Assembly (NCBI GenBank): GCA_041660165.1
Contig: JBAZWW010000006.1
Coordinates: 10,337 to 74,336 of the forward strand
Origin: Patescibacteria group bacterium
Lineage (GTDB): Bacteria; Patescibacteriota; Patescibacteriia; UBA9934
Reading direction: 5' to 3'
DNA: 64,000 nucleotides
The translations under genes were made by a program, and so were the position numbers. Positions 1 through 8,576 of the stretch are shown piece after piece (position 1 is the stretch's first letter; every line of letters begins with the position of its first letter). The notes below the pieces were generated by a model. The model was not told the origin of the DNA, searched no databases, and worked only from the letters and a program-made list of their open reading frames with translations.

Positions 1-87
1 GGATAGATAAGACGGGAAAAACACTCTATACCCTCCAAACCGTGAACGGCGTCCCCACCCTTTACCGAAGGAAACTGGTGAAGTAAT

Positions 88-939
88 GTGGGAGTGAATA
101 TGACTGACATCACCATTGTCTTCGTAAATTTCCGCATGAAATCAGACATTCTTCGCGCAGCGAAGGCTGTTTTTGCGGATATTGCGGGCGGTCCGGTAAC
201 GGCCAGCGTGGTGGTTGTTGATAACTCAGATAATGTTGACGGGATCAAAGAGGCGCTAGCCTCTGAGGTTCCGGAAGCCCATTACCTTGATGCCGGCGGA
301 AACATCGGCTTCGGCAAGGGAAACACCTTGGGCTTCAAAGCCTTTCCGGCGAGATATTATTTCGCTTTGAATCGGGATACGGACATTGCTCCTGGCACAA
401 AGGTAATCGAGCGACTCGTCACCTTTATGGATGAGCATCCAACCGTTGGCATCTGCGGGCCCAAACTGCACTATCCGGACGGCCGTCTGCAGTACTCTTG
501 CTATCGATTTGACCTGCCATCGCTCCTCATAAAACCGCTCCGCCACATGGAGATTGATAAGCGTCTTCCCTTTTCAAAAAAATACGTGGACAGATTGCTC
601 ATGACGGACTTCAATCATGAAGAAACCCGGCCCGTTGATTGGGTGCTTGGCGCGGCGCTTGTAGCCCGAAGCGAAGCCGTCCAACAGGTTGGCTGGTTTG
701 ATGACCGCTATTTCATGTACCTTGAGGATGCCGACTGGTGCCATTCCATGTGGGAAAGTGGCTGGAAGGTTTACTATGTACATAACATAGCCATCATGCA
801 TGTGTATGAACGCCAGAGCGCGCAGGTGCCGGGGTTCTTCCGCGCGGTCCTCAAAAATAAACTGGCGAGAATTCACGGCGCAAGCTGGATCCGTTATCTT
901 TTGAAATGGTTTGGCAAACACCGTTCTTATGCCGAGTAA
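88..939 (+). CDS. Glycosyltransferase family 2
   Basis: 283-aa ORF with GT2 hallmarks (VVVDNSDN DXD-type motif, GICGPKL, YLEDADWC). First gene of the glycan locus. Confidence 0.8.
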   Translation: MGVNMTDITIVFVNFRMKSDILRAAKAVFADIAGGPVTASVVVVDNSDNVDGIKEALASEVPEAHYLDAGGNIGFGKGNTLGFKAFPARYYFALNRDTDIAPGTKVIERLVTFMDEHPTVGICGPKLHYPDGRLQYSCYRFDLPSLLIKPLRHMEIDKRLPFSKKYVDRLLMTDFNHEETRPVDWVLGAALVARSEAVQQVGWFDDRYFMYLEDADWCHSMWESGWKVYYVHNIAIMHVYERQSAQVPGFFRAVLKNKLARIHGASWIRYLLKWFGKHRSYAE

Positions 940-2023
940 AAAAGTGGCTGTCATTTACCTCTCTTTTCATTCGGAGCCTTATTTCCCCGATGTAGTTGAG
1001 GCTTTGAAACAACTTAACTACCCCAAAGAACTTGTCGAGTTTGTCATCGTTGATAATCCGCATCCCGTTCATGGCCTGTCTAAGAAATATGTTCAGGATC
1101 TCATCCTGCCAATCTCTGGCACGGAAATCCCTCACGTTACCTATCTCCCCCAGCCAGAGAATGGCGGATTCGGCATTGGCAATAACGCCGGCGTAGCTTG
1201 GGCGCTGGAGCACGGCTTTGACTACGTCTTTTTTCACAACAATGATGCTGCCTTGGGCGAGGATTGTATCCTAAAACTGGTTGAGGCCATGGAGGTAGAC
1301 GCCACGATTGGCATCGCTCAATCAATGGTTCTCCTCTTCAATAACAAAGAGCTCGTGAATACGTCCGGCAATGCTTTTCACTATCTTGGCTTTGGCTACT
1401 GCAATGACTACAAGAAAAATATTGCCGAGCTGAACCTCCCGCCCGTGTATGACGTTCCGTACGCCAGCGGAGCCGCGCTCATGGTGCGCTCAAACATGAT
1501 TCGCGAATACGGCGCGTGGGATGAAAACTTTTTCATGTACCATGAAGATTTGGAATGGTCCTTCCGGCTCAGAATTAACAAATACCGGGCGGTTTGCGTG
1601 CGCGACTCCATCTTCTATCACAAATACGAATTCTCAAAGTCCATTACGAAGTTTTACTGGATGGAGCGGAATCGCTTTGCCATTCTGCTCATGTTCTACA
1701 AATGGCCGACGCTTCTTCTTATTTTGCCGATCCTGATTCCGCTCGAACTCGGCCTCTGGTTCTCCGCCTGGAGAGGCGGATGGTTCAAGGAGCGGGTGAA
1801 AGTGCTCCAATATTGGATTAAACCAAGCACCTGGAACCTTTGGCTGGCCAAGCGCCAGAAGACACAGGCCATGCGTCAGATTCCCGACTCCGCTCTTCTG
1901 GCTAACGCCACAGGCGAGATTCTCTTCCAAGAAGCTGCCATGGAATCCCCGCTGGTCACTAAACTGGCCAACCCAGTCATGAACTTTTATTTCAAGATTC
2001 TCAAATTTATTGTGCGGTGGTGA
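911..2023 (+). CDS. Glycosyltransferase family 2 with C-terminal membrane segments
   Basis: 370-aa ORF (VIVDNPHP, FFMYHEDLEWSFRLR, hydrophobic C-terminal helices). Likely true start at MPSKK (~929), overlapping the upstream stop in ATGCCGAGTAA. Confidence 0.75.
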   Translation: MANTVLMPSKKVAVIYLSFHSEPYFPDVVEALKQLNYPKELVEFVIVDNPHPVHGLSKKYVQDLILPISGTEIPHVTYLPQPENGGFGIGNNAGVAWALEHGFDYVFFHNNDAALGEDCILKLVEAMEVDATIGIAQSMVLLFNNKELVNTSGNAFHYLGFGYCNDYKKNIAELNLPPVYDVPYASGAALMVRSNMIREYGAWDENFFMYHEDLEWSFRLRINKYRAVCVRDSIFYHKYEFSKSITKFYWMERNRFAILLMFYKWPTLLLILPILIPLELGLWFSAWRGGWFKERVKVLQYWIKPSTWNLWLAKRQKTQAMRQIPDSALLANATGEILFQEAAMESPLVTKLANPVMNFYFKILKFIVRW

Positions 2024-2078
2024 GCCTGAGGAGAGTCTTTAAAATAAAGGGAGTGGCCCTCTGGCGAGAGAGGGTCCC

Positions 2079-2102
2079 AGACCCTGACGTGAGGAAGGGT
2101 CT
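2079..2102. repeat. Family-1 hairpin element (stem AGACCCT / AGGGTCT, loop GACGTGAGGA)
   Basis: One of six copies of a short hairpin with a conserved 10-nt loop and variable stems (see findings). Confidence 0.6.
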
Positions 2103-2228
2103 AGAGGTGATGTAAACGGCTTCGCTGTGTTGAGTGCCCGCTGGTCTCCTCGACGAGAATAAATAACTGCGAGCCTGAGACATTAGGCGAATGGGAGGGA
2201 AAGAATCATCATCCGGGAACAAGACACT

Positions 2229-2254
2229 CTGGTGTACACTTAAGTGTACACCAG
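2229..2254. repeat. 26-bp perfect palindrome CTGGTGTACACTTAAGTGTACACCAG
   Basis: Read directly from the sequence; lies in the convergent intergenic region between the GT2 gene and the relE-like gene. Confidence 0.8.
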
Positions 2255-2403
2255 GAAAGAACGCCTTTTTTACATACTACCCCCGCCATATCCGCGTCTA
2301 TTCCCCCTTTGGCCTCCCCCTTTTAAAAGAATCAGAAAATTGCCTCAAGCTCTAAAAGCTTTCGAGCGGAACGGCGGGCGTTCTGCTTTTATCAACTTGA
2401 GAA

Positions 2404-2670
2404 CTAGCCTCGCTTGTACGCATCGTGGTCATCAATAGCCATTAGATAAGCACGGCGGGGATTCCCAATATAGCGGAAGATGATCCGTATCTTATAGTTC
2501 ACGGAAAACGCGTGACGATCATTCATACGCCCATGCAGTTTATGCACCTTTAGCGTCTTGTGATTTTCCGTATCGGCAAAGAGATCGATTTTCTCTAATC
2601 CTTCTTTCTGAAGAGTGACGGGCAACGAATGAAAAGCGCGCAGAAAACTTAGAGCATAGGAAACCTCCAT
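2404..2670 (-). CDS. Type II toxin, RelE/ParE family
   Basis: 88 aa; C-terminal pattern HKLHGRMNDRHAFSVNYKIRIIFRY...AYLMAIDDHDAY is typical of RelE/ParE. Sits immediately downstream of an RHH antitoxin gene. Confidence 0.65.
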   Translation of the reverse strand: MEVSYALSFLRAFHSLPVTLQKEGLEKIDLFADTENHKTLKVHKLHGRMNDRHAFSVNYKIRIIFRYIGNPRRAYLMAIDDHDAYKRG

Positions 2671-2675
2671 ACGGC

Positions 2676-2897
2676 TTACCGCATCCGCTTCAGAATCTCC
2701 CGGAGATCTCCCCGAACCTCCTTCCCTTCCTTCAATTCTTGTTCAGCAAGAAGAACCGACTCGACGAGTTTTTCTTCAGCATAGCGCGAAAGCGCTTGGC
2801 GCACTACCTCGGCCTTCGTTGAGGCAGAGCCATTTTTCACCATGCGATTCACAAATCGTTCAAGCTGGAGCGGGACGGGGATCGAAAGAGTAATCAT
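2676..2897 (-). CDS. Ribbon-helix-helix antitoxin (ParD/CopG-like)
   Basis: 73 aa; N-terminal RHH-like segment (ITLSIPVPLQLERFVNRMVKNG) followed by a helical tail; 5-nt gap to the toxin gene. Confidence 0.6.
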   Translation of the reverse strand: MITLSIPVPLQLERFVNRMVKNGSASTKAEVVRQALSRYAEEKLVESVLLAEQELKEGKEVRGDLREILKRMR

Positions 2898-2915
2898 ATG
2901 ATATGATCATATCAT
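2898..2915. promoter_or_regulatory. 18-bp perfect palindrome ATGATATGATCATATCAT abutting the antitoxin start codon (putative TA operator)
   Basis: Perfect inverted repeat seen in the sequence directly 5' of the antitoxin ATG, the classic position for an autoregulatory operator. Confidence 0.5.
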
Positions 2916-2946
2916 ATCTATCATTCAAAGGACAACGCGTCGGGGT

Positions 2947-4023
2947 CTAGAGCTCTACCCGCGCGTGATCACCTACTACAAGTTTATGCCCGTGCGGTAA
3001 GGATTCCTCGACCCTAGTAACAACGGCATTCTTTCCAATGAGACTGTCAACAATGCGCTTGTTCGCTCTGATGGCGGCGCCGTCAAAAACGATAGAGTGT
3101 TCAATTTCAGTGCCATCGACCACCACGGAATTGCCGATAGAAGTGTAAGGGCCGATGTAGGCGTCATTGATGACGCAACCCTCGCCGATCACGACAGGAC
3201 CTCGGATCAGTACTCGCGAACCAATCTTCGTGCCAGCGCCAATACTAACCTTGCCCTGAATAATCGCGCCGTCCGCAACTTCGCCCTGCATGACCACGCG
3301 CTCCATGGGCATCTCATTTAAGAACAGCGCATTGCCTTCAAGCAAATCTTCTGGGTTGCCCGTGTCCTTCCACCAACCAGTAATTTCCTCGTGCCCGACG
3401 TTATAATTGTTCTGCAAAAGCCAAGTGTGAATGTCCGAGATTTCATACTCGCCCCGGGCCGAAGGCTGGATGTGCTTGAACGCCTCAAAGAAGCTCTTGT
3501 CATACACGTAAATACCGGTCACGGCGTACTGGCTCTTCGGCTCAGCCGGCTTTTCTTCGACACGCACAATCTTGCCGTTCTCAAACACCGGCACGCCAAA
3601 ACGGTTCGGATTCTTTACCTTTGAAAGGGCGAGTAGACAGTTCAATTTCTCGGACTCAAATTTCTCGACAAATCGCCGAAGACTGCCGAGCACAATGTTA
3701 TCGCCCAAAAAGAAAATAAATGGTTCATCCCCAATAAATGCTCTTTGCGCATTGACCGCATGAGCAATGCCGAGCGGACCGCCTGGCTGTTCGAGGTACG
3801 AAAGCTTCGCCCCGTACTTTGATCCGTCACCAAAAGCACCCTGAATTTCTGTGTCGCCAATGTTGACGTTAATACCAATCTCGGTAATTCCAGCATCGAC
3901 CAGTTTCTCAATTGCATAGCCTAACATCGGCCGGTTGGCCAAGGGAATCAGATGCTTGTTCAAGGTCCACGTAATAGGACGCAAGCGCGTGGCGCGCCCT
4001 CCGGCGGTCAAAAGTGCTTTCAT
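2947..4023 (-). CDS. rfbA: Glucose-1-phosphate thymidylyltransferase-like sugar nucleotidyltransferase fused to a C-terminal hexapeptide-repeat (LbH) domain
   Basis: N-terminus MKALLTAGGRATRLRP..., GGPLGIAHAV; C-terminal ~120 aa of left-handed beta-helix repeats (IGxxVxIxxGAVI-type); 358 aa against ~290 for a plain RmlA. Confidence 0.8.
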   Translation of the reverse strand: MKALLTAGGRATRLRPITWTLNKHLIPLANRPMLGYAIEKLVDAGITEIGINVNIGDTEIQGAFGDGSKYGAKLSYLEQPGGPLGIAHAVNAQRAFIGDEPFIFFLGDNIVLGSLRRFVEKFESEKLNCLLALSKVKNPNRFGVPVFENGKIVRVEEKPAEPKSQYAVTGIYVYDKSFFEAFKHIQPSARGEYEISDIHTWLLQNNYNVGHEEITGWWKDTGNPEDLLEGNALFLNEMPMERVVMQGEVADGAIIQGKVSIGAGTKIGSRVLIRGPVVIGEGCVINDAYIGPYTSIGNSVVVDGTEIEHSIVFDGAAIRANKRIVDSLIGKNAVVTRVEESLPHGHKLVVGDHARVEL

Positions 4024-4877
4024 AATTGTTGCGCTTTAATACGAACTGCATATTTTTCCATGGTGTCTCGCAAGGCAATTGCGATGGGTCTCATTGAAAT
4101 TCCAAACTGCGCCAAACGTTCAGACGCCAGAAAATTATTCGAGCGCAGTTTAGTTGCCAGTCCTTGAGCTACAAGATCCTCGGCCGTGATCCACTCATTT
4201 GTATGCGAAGGATCAACCAGCTCAACATACAGCGCCATGAGATCACGGTGCTTCATAGTTCCAGGATTCGTCACGTGAAAAATGCCGGGCGCTTTCTGTT
4301 CAAGCAACTGGTGAAACACCTCGAGCATGTCATCAATCACGGTGACAGAATTCTCAACATCAATAATCTTTGGATAACGCGCCAGCTTGTCAATCAAATT
4401 TCTTGAACCGGGAATGTGATCAATCGGCATGCGCACACGGGCAATGCCCACATTCGGTAAAGTCGACAAAACCAAATCCGCCGCCAGCTTGGTGCGCGAG
4501 TACACTGGCTCCGGATTGCCATGATCATGTTCACGCCAGGCCTTGTCCGGATGCGGGGAGTCCCCGTAATAAATACAACCCGAACCCATATGCAAAAAAT
4601 AAACGCCCGCTTCCTGGCATGCCTCAGCCATAACAATCGGCAAAAGTGTGTTGCCATGGATGGTGGCCAGCCGGTTGTCCGTTACGTCGCACCAATCCAC
4701 ATTCGGCTTTCCAGTAACACCAACGGCATTCAAAACGGCGTCCGGCTGGTACCTGGCAATTTCTGCGAGTGCGTCCTCACGACTTGAAATCCTCTGATCG
4801 GATAGCACCGCCTCGTCTCCCCACGCGTTCTTGGCGCGCTGACCCAAATAGCCTTTGCCGAAAATGAGAATCTTCAT
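4020..4877 (-). CDS. rfbD: dTDP-4-dehydrorhamnose reductase
   Basis: 285 aa; RmlD-like (MKILIFGKGYLG Rossmann motif, YSRTK active-site region). 4-nt overlap with rfbA. Confidence 0.8.
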   Translation of the reverse strand: MKILIFGKGYLGQRAKNAWGDEAVLSDQRISSREDALAEIARYQPDAVLNAVGVTGKPNVDWCDVTDNRLATIHGNTLLPIVMAEACQEAGVYFLHMGSGCIYYGDSPHPDKAWREHDHGNPEPVYSRTKLAADLVLSTLPNVGIARVRMPIDHIPGSRNLIDKLARYPKIIDVENSVTVIDDMLEVFHQLLEQKAPGIFHVTNPGTMKHRDLMALYVELVDPSHTNEWITAEDLVAQGLATKLRSNNFLASERLAQFGISMRPIAIALRDTMEKYAVRIKAQQL

Positions 4878-5893
4878 AGCGAAATGTGATTATTGATGTC
4901 CTTCACGCGCTCAACTGCCCTAGCTGTCCAATCTTGATGCGCCAAAAACCACTCAACCGTCTCTTTCAAACCTTGTTCAAACATCTCGCTCCCGTACTTC
5001 GGCCTCCAGCCAAGCTCGCGCCGAATCTTTTCACTCGATAGCGAGTAACGGCGGTCATGGCCGGGGCGATCAGCTACATAAGCGAGCAAGGTCTCAGGCT
5101 TGCCGAGAATACCCAAAATCATTTTCGCGATATCTATGTTCGCTCGCTCATTGTCCGCGCCGATATTATAAACCCCGCCAAAGACCCCGCGTTCCAGCAC
5201 GGCCAAAATGGCCGAGCAATGATCCCCAACGTGCAGCCAATCACGCACATACTTGCCGTCGCCATAAAGCGGTAACGGTTGATCAGCAAGTGCCTTCGAA
5301 ATAAAAAATGGGATGATCTTTTCCGGGAAATGATACGGGCCGTAATTGTTCGCCGCGTGCGTGACCATCACTGGCGTGCCGTAGGTTTTGAAATACGCTC
5401 GGCACAGCAAATCTCCGCCAGCCTTGCTGGCCGAGTACGGAGAATTCGGCTCGAACGTGTCAGTCTCCACACTCGGAAAACCGGAGTCGAGCGGGTGCGC
5501 GCCAAAGACCTCGTCCGTAGAAATATGTACGAAAGCGGTTGTCTTATGTTTCTTCACGGCCTCGAGCAGAACCTGTACGCCGAGCACGTTCGTGCGCACA
5601 AAATCCGCCGCTCCCCCATGGATAGAACGATCAACGTGCGTTTCCGCGGCAAAGTTCACAATGGCATCCGGTTTAAAATCTTCAAAGACTTTATCGACGA
5701 GTCCAACACTCGTAATGTCCCCCTTCACAAATCTATACCGAGGATCCGACTCAATATCCTGTAAATTTTCCGAATTCCCCGCATACGTCAGCAGGTCATA
5801 ATTCAGCACCTGCACAAACCTCCGCTCATGCAAAACATGACGAACAAAGTTCGACCCAATAAACCCCGCGCCTCCTGTAACGAGCAATTTCAT
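4874..5893 (-). CDS. rfbB: dTDP-glucose 4,6-dehydratase
   Basis: 339 aa; TGGAGFIGSNFV, YSASKAGGDLL (YxxxK), a typical RmlB short-chain dehydrogenase. 4-nt overlap with rfbD. Confidence 0.85.
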   Translation of the reverse strand: MKLLVTGGAGFIGSNFVRHVLHERRFVQVLNYDLLTYAGNSENLQDIESDPRYRFVKGDITSVGLVDKVFEDFKPDAIVNFAAETHVDRSIHGGAADFVRTNVLGVQVLLEAVKKHKTTAFVHISTDEVFGAHPLDSGFPSVETDTFEPNSPYSASKAGGDLLCRAYFKTYGTPVMVTHAANNYGPYHFPEKIIPFFISKALADQPLPLYGDGKYVRDWLHVGDHCSAILAVLERGVFGGVYNIGADNERANIDIAKMILGILGKPETLLAYVADRPGHDRRYSLSSEKIRRELGWRPKYGSEMFEQGLKETVEWFLAHQDWTARAVERVKDINNHISL

Positions 5894-5953
5894 ATCACCC
5901 TATACCTTACTGGAAAACGCCCTTGCCGGTCAATCCTGAATACCTATCTAGGA

Positions 5954-6547
5954 TTAGCCTTGTTTCTGTTCCGCAATAATCTCAAGCGCCTTCTTTTTCG
6001 CAATAGTCCATGTAGCGAGCGACCAGCCATTCGTGATTCTTCCCTCAGCAATCATTTGGTCGATTTCTGCGGGGGTGAACCAAAAGAGCTCAAAATCTTC
6101 CGTTTCGTCTTTAGCTATCGAACATGGAGAGAGATCATAGGCCACAAAAACAGAAGCAACCTGATCAGTGAGCCCGGAACTTGCTTCAAAAAACCCGGCC
6201 CGGTCAACATGCTTTGCTGAGAACTGCGTCTCCTCTGCAAACTCAGCTGAGGCAGTTTCCTCCTCGGTCTTCCCTGATTGCTTGCCACCAGCGGGAAATT
6301 CTAATGATTCCTTATCAATCACCGGGCGGAACTGGTTCACCATGGCAATTTTACCCTCAGCATTCACTCCCACAATCATTGATCCGCCGGCATCATGCGC
6401 GTAGTAGTACTTCACTTCTTTGCCGGAAGAAAGAAGGTGCCTGCTCAGGCGATATTCCCAATAAGGATTTCGAGCGAGTAATTCATCGCTCACTTTTTCC
6501 CATTTCTTGAGAGGCATATTACAACTTACCCCGAATCTCTTCAGCAA
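5954..6547 (-). CDS. NUDIX hydrolase (ADP-ribose / nucleotide-sugar pyrophosphatase-like)
   Basis: 197 aa; degenerate Nudix box GGKQSGKTEEETASAEFAEETQF (GX5EX7..EExG-like). Confidence 0.55.
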   Translation of the reverse strand: MLKRFGVSCNMPLKKWEKVSDELLARNPYWEYRLSRHLLSSGKEVKYYYAHDAGGSMIVGVNAEGKIAMVNQFRPVIDKESLEFPAGGKQSGKTEEETASAEFAEETQFSAKHVDRAGFFEASSGLTDQVASVFVAYDLSPCSIAKDETEDFELFWFTPAEIDQMIAEGRITNGWSLATWTIAKKKALEIIAEQKQG

Positions 6548-7091
6548 CTTTTGCGAGCTCTTCTTGGCTTGGATGCGTCTTTACAAATTTGCGCTCGTCG
6601 CCGTTGTAGCGGGGCATGATATGGAGGTGCGTGTGGAGGACGTCTTGACCGGCGTCTAGGCCGTGGTTCATGCCAAGGTTATAGCCGGAGGCGCCGATGG
6701 CCTTAGTAATTTTTGGGGCGAGGTCATGAATGACGCGCATCAGTTCAACCGCATCCTCCATGGAACTGGCGGCCAGGTCTTGAGCGTGGGCCTTCGGGAT
6801 TAACAGCGTGTGGCCTTTGCTCACCGGGAAGATGTCCAGGAAGGCCAGGACTTTTTCATTCTCATAAATCTTGTGACATGGGATCTCGCCGGACACAATC
6901 TGACAGAAGAGACAGGACATAATTGGGGGCGGGGCCAGCCTTGACCAAAAAGCAAGGAAGCCAGTTAGAAGAATTAAGAGTGGAAAGGGGAAGACGTAGC
7001 TCACAAAGCCCGGGGCTCGCCACTCAATCAGTCCAAAGATGATGGTCGAGATGAACGAAACGAGGAACGCGAATTGGTAGTACTTTTGCAT
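6519..7091 (-). CDS. HIT-family hydrolase with an N-terminal ~57-aa two-helix membrane extension
   Basis: The C-terminal 133 aa form a canonical HIT domain (MSCLFCQIVSGEIPC..., HTHLHIMPR histidine triad). The N-terminal 57 aa are hydrophobic (two predicted TM helices). A soluble form could start at the internal Met (~6920). Confidence 0.7.
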   Translation of the reverse strand: MQKYYQFAFLVSFISTIIFGLIEWRAPGFVSYVFPFPLLILLTGFLAFWSRLAPPPIMSCLFCQIVSGEIPCHKIYENEKVLAFLDIFPVSKGHTLLIPKAHAQDLAASSMEDAVELMRVIHDLAPKITKAIGASGYNLGMNHGLDAGQDVLHTHLHIMPRYNGDERKFVKTHPSQEELAKVAEEIRGKL

Positions 7092-7095
7092 AAGA

Positions 7096-8574
7096 TCAAA
7101 TCAGCTGGAGGACAAAAGCCTTAAGCGCGGATAGGAACGAGTGGAAGGTCATAGCCGGCTTGCGGAACGTGATGTCAATGGAGTGAATGTCCACGTTCCC
7201 CGCGGTCTCTTTTACAAACGGCGCCGAAAGCACGAACTTGTATGCTCCGCGTTCTTTGGCGAGCGTACGCAAATCAAACTGCGCTGAAGCGTCGCGCCAC
7301 TGGCCGTTCCTTAACTGCGGAGGAAAGTACGCCACGAGCGCTTTATACTCGTCCGGCGCCGTCACAAAATTTGAAAAGCCCGCCGGTTCTGGCGACCAGA
7401 ATGAGGCATTCGCCAGGGCAAAGAATCCCTCGGCGGTTATTTTTTCGCTCCCCCCCGGTAAGACGAGCGGAGAAATAACTCGATGCACGGACGTACCCGT
7501 CATTTTCTTATGAACGGTCTCAAGCATGATCGGCGACCCGCCAAACATAGCCGAACCGAGCCCTTCGGATGCGAGAGGCTCAAGTGTTACTTTCTTGGCG
7601 TTGGTGTTGAGGGCGATTGCTCCTGTCTGTGGTGCCAGCGTGAGAGCATTTTTTGCCACAAGATATTTCGCCTTGGTCACAAATTCGTCGAACACAATGT
7701 CAGAGGTGGACGAAAGCGTAATGCGGTACACGCCAGCCGGAAGTCCCTCGGGAGCGATCGTCACCGATCTTTCTGCCGTACTCGCAGAATCACCGAGCGC
7801 GTCCCCGTCATCAGCAAACGGCGCTTCAGCCAGCATCTCGCCGTTTTGGGCGAATATTCGAACAGTCCCCTCATCAGAACCAACGGCCTGATTGAGGTCA
7901 TGGAATTTCACCTCAACTCGCAGGGCTTCTTTATTGCCAACGGCTGTGAACAGCTCTTGGGAACCCTTGAGCGGAAGGGCGTACGTGTTGTCCTTCTTGG
8001 TCATGGTTGCACCCGTTGGCATGGCCCAGGGAAGCGAAGCGCGGTAAACGGCGATATCTGTATCCTTAATAGCAGAAGGATCAGCACCGAGATATTCGTT
8101 GCGAAGAAAGACGTTCACATTCGGGCCGAGCTTCACCAAGGGACGGCCGGTCCAACCATGCGTTTCCAGGTGCTCCACGATCGTATTAGCAAACGGCCGG
8201 AAATCAAAGGCTTGCGCGAACAAATCCTTTAAGGCGCCAAGCTCAAGCACCGCACTGTCCCCCGTATGAAATGAGACCTGCACGTCTGCCGTTTGCCAGT
8301 TGCCTGGAGGAGCGAACACGGAAAAATACACCGGCTCGTCCACGAGCGACACAAACTTGCCGTCTTTCGAGTCCATGACCTGGCTCACTCTGTCATTCGG
8401 CAAAAGGCTTTGCACAAAGGGCGAGGAGTCACCGGCGGTGTAATGCACGATCTTATCGCCATTCATGCCGAGATAATTCCAGAGAAGACCGCCAAATAGA
8501 ATAACCGGCAATAGCACGATAAATATATATAAGAATCTTATATATTTTATTCGGAGAAGAAGCCGGTTCAACAT
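7096..8574 (-). CDS. Hypothetical membrane-anchored (signal-anchor) extracytoplasmic protein
   Basis: 492 aa; one N-terminal TM helix followed by a large non-repetitive domain; no recognisable motifs; lies inside the glycan locus. Confidence 0.4.
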   Translation of the reverse strand: MLNRLLLRIKYIRFLYIFIVLLPVILFGGLLWNYLGMNGDKIVHYTAGDSSPFVQSLLPNDRVSQVMDSKDGKFVSLVDEPVYFSVFAPPGNWQTADVQVSFHTGDSAVLELGALKDLFAQAFDFRPFANTIVEHLETHGWTGRPLVKLGPNVNVFLRNEYLGADPSAIKDTDIAVYRASLPWAMPTGATMTKKDNTYALPLKGSQELFTAVGNKEALRVEVKFHDLNQAVGSDEGTVRIFAQNGEMLAEAPFADDGDALGDSASTAERSVTIAPEGLPAGVYRITLSSTSDIVFDEFVTKAKYLVAKNALTLAPQTGAIALNTNAKKVTLEPLASEGLGSAMFGGSPIMLETVHKKMTGTSVHRVISPLVLPGGSEKITAEGFFALANASFWSPEPAGFSNFVTAPDEYKALVAYFPPQLRNGQWRDASAQFDLRTLAKERGAYKFVLSAPFVKETAGNVDIHSIDITFRKPAMTFHSFLSALKAFVLQLI

Positions 8575-8576
8575 AA

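Noticed and set aside
2007-2438. ORFs 2007-2222 (-) and 2244-2438 (+) in the convergent intergenic region
   Set aside because: They overlap palindromic/hairpin elements, have no RBS and give low-complexity translations. The region is better explained as a structured 3' intergenic region.
7483-8232. 249-aa plus-strand ORF (and several other 60-250-aa ORFs) lying antisense inside large minus-strand genes. Examples are 20175-20867, 41286-41990, 38761-39348, 16343-16939 and the 24096-26894 series inside the giant gene.
   Set aside because: They overlap well-supported genes on the opposite strand. They have Arg/Ser/Pro-rich low-complexity translations typical of antisense frames in GC-rich DNA, and none shows recognisable motifs.
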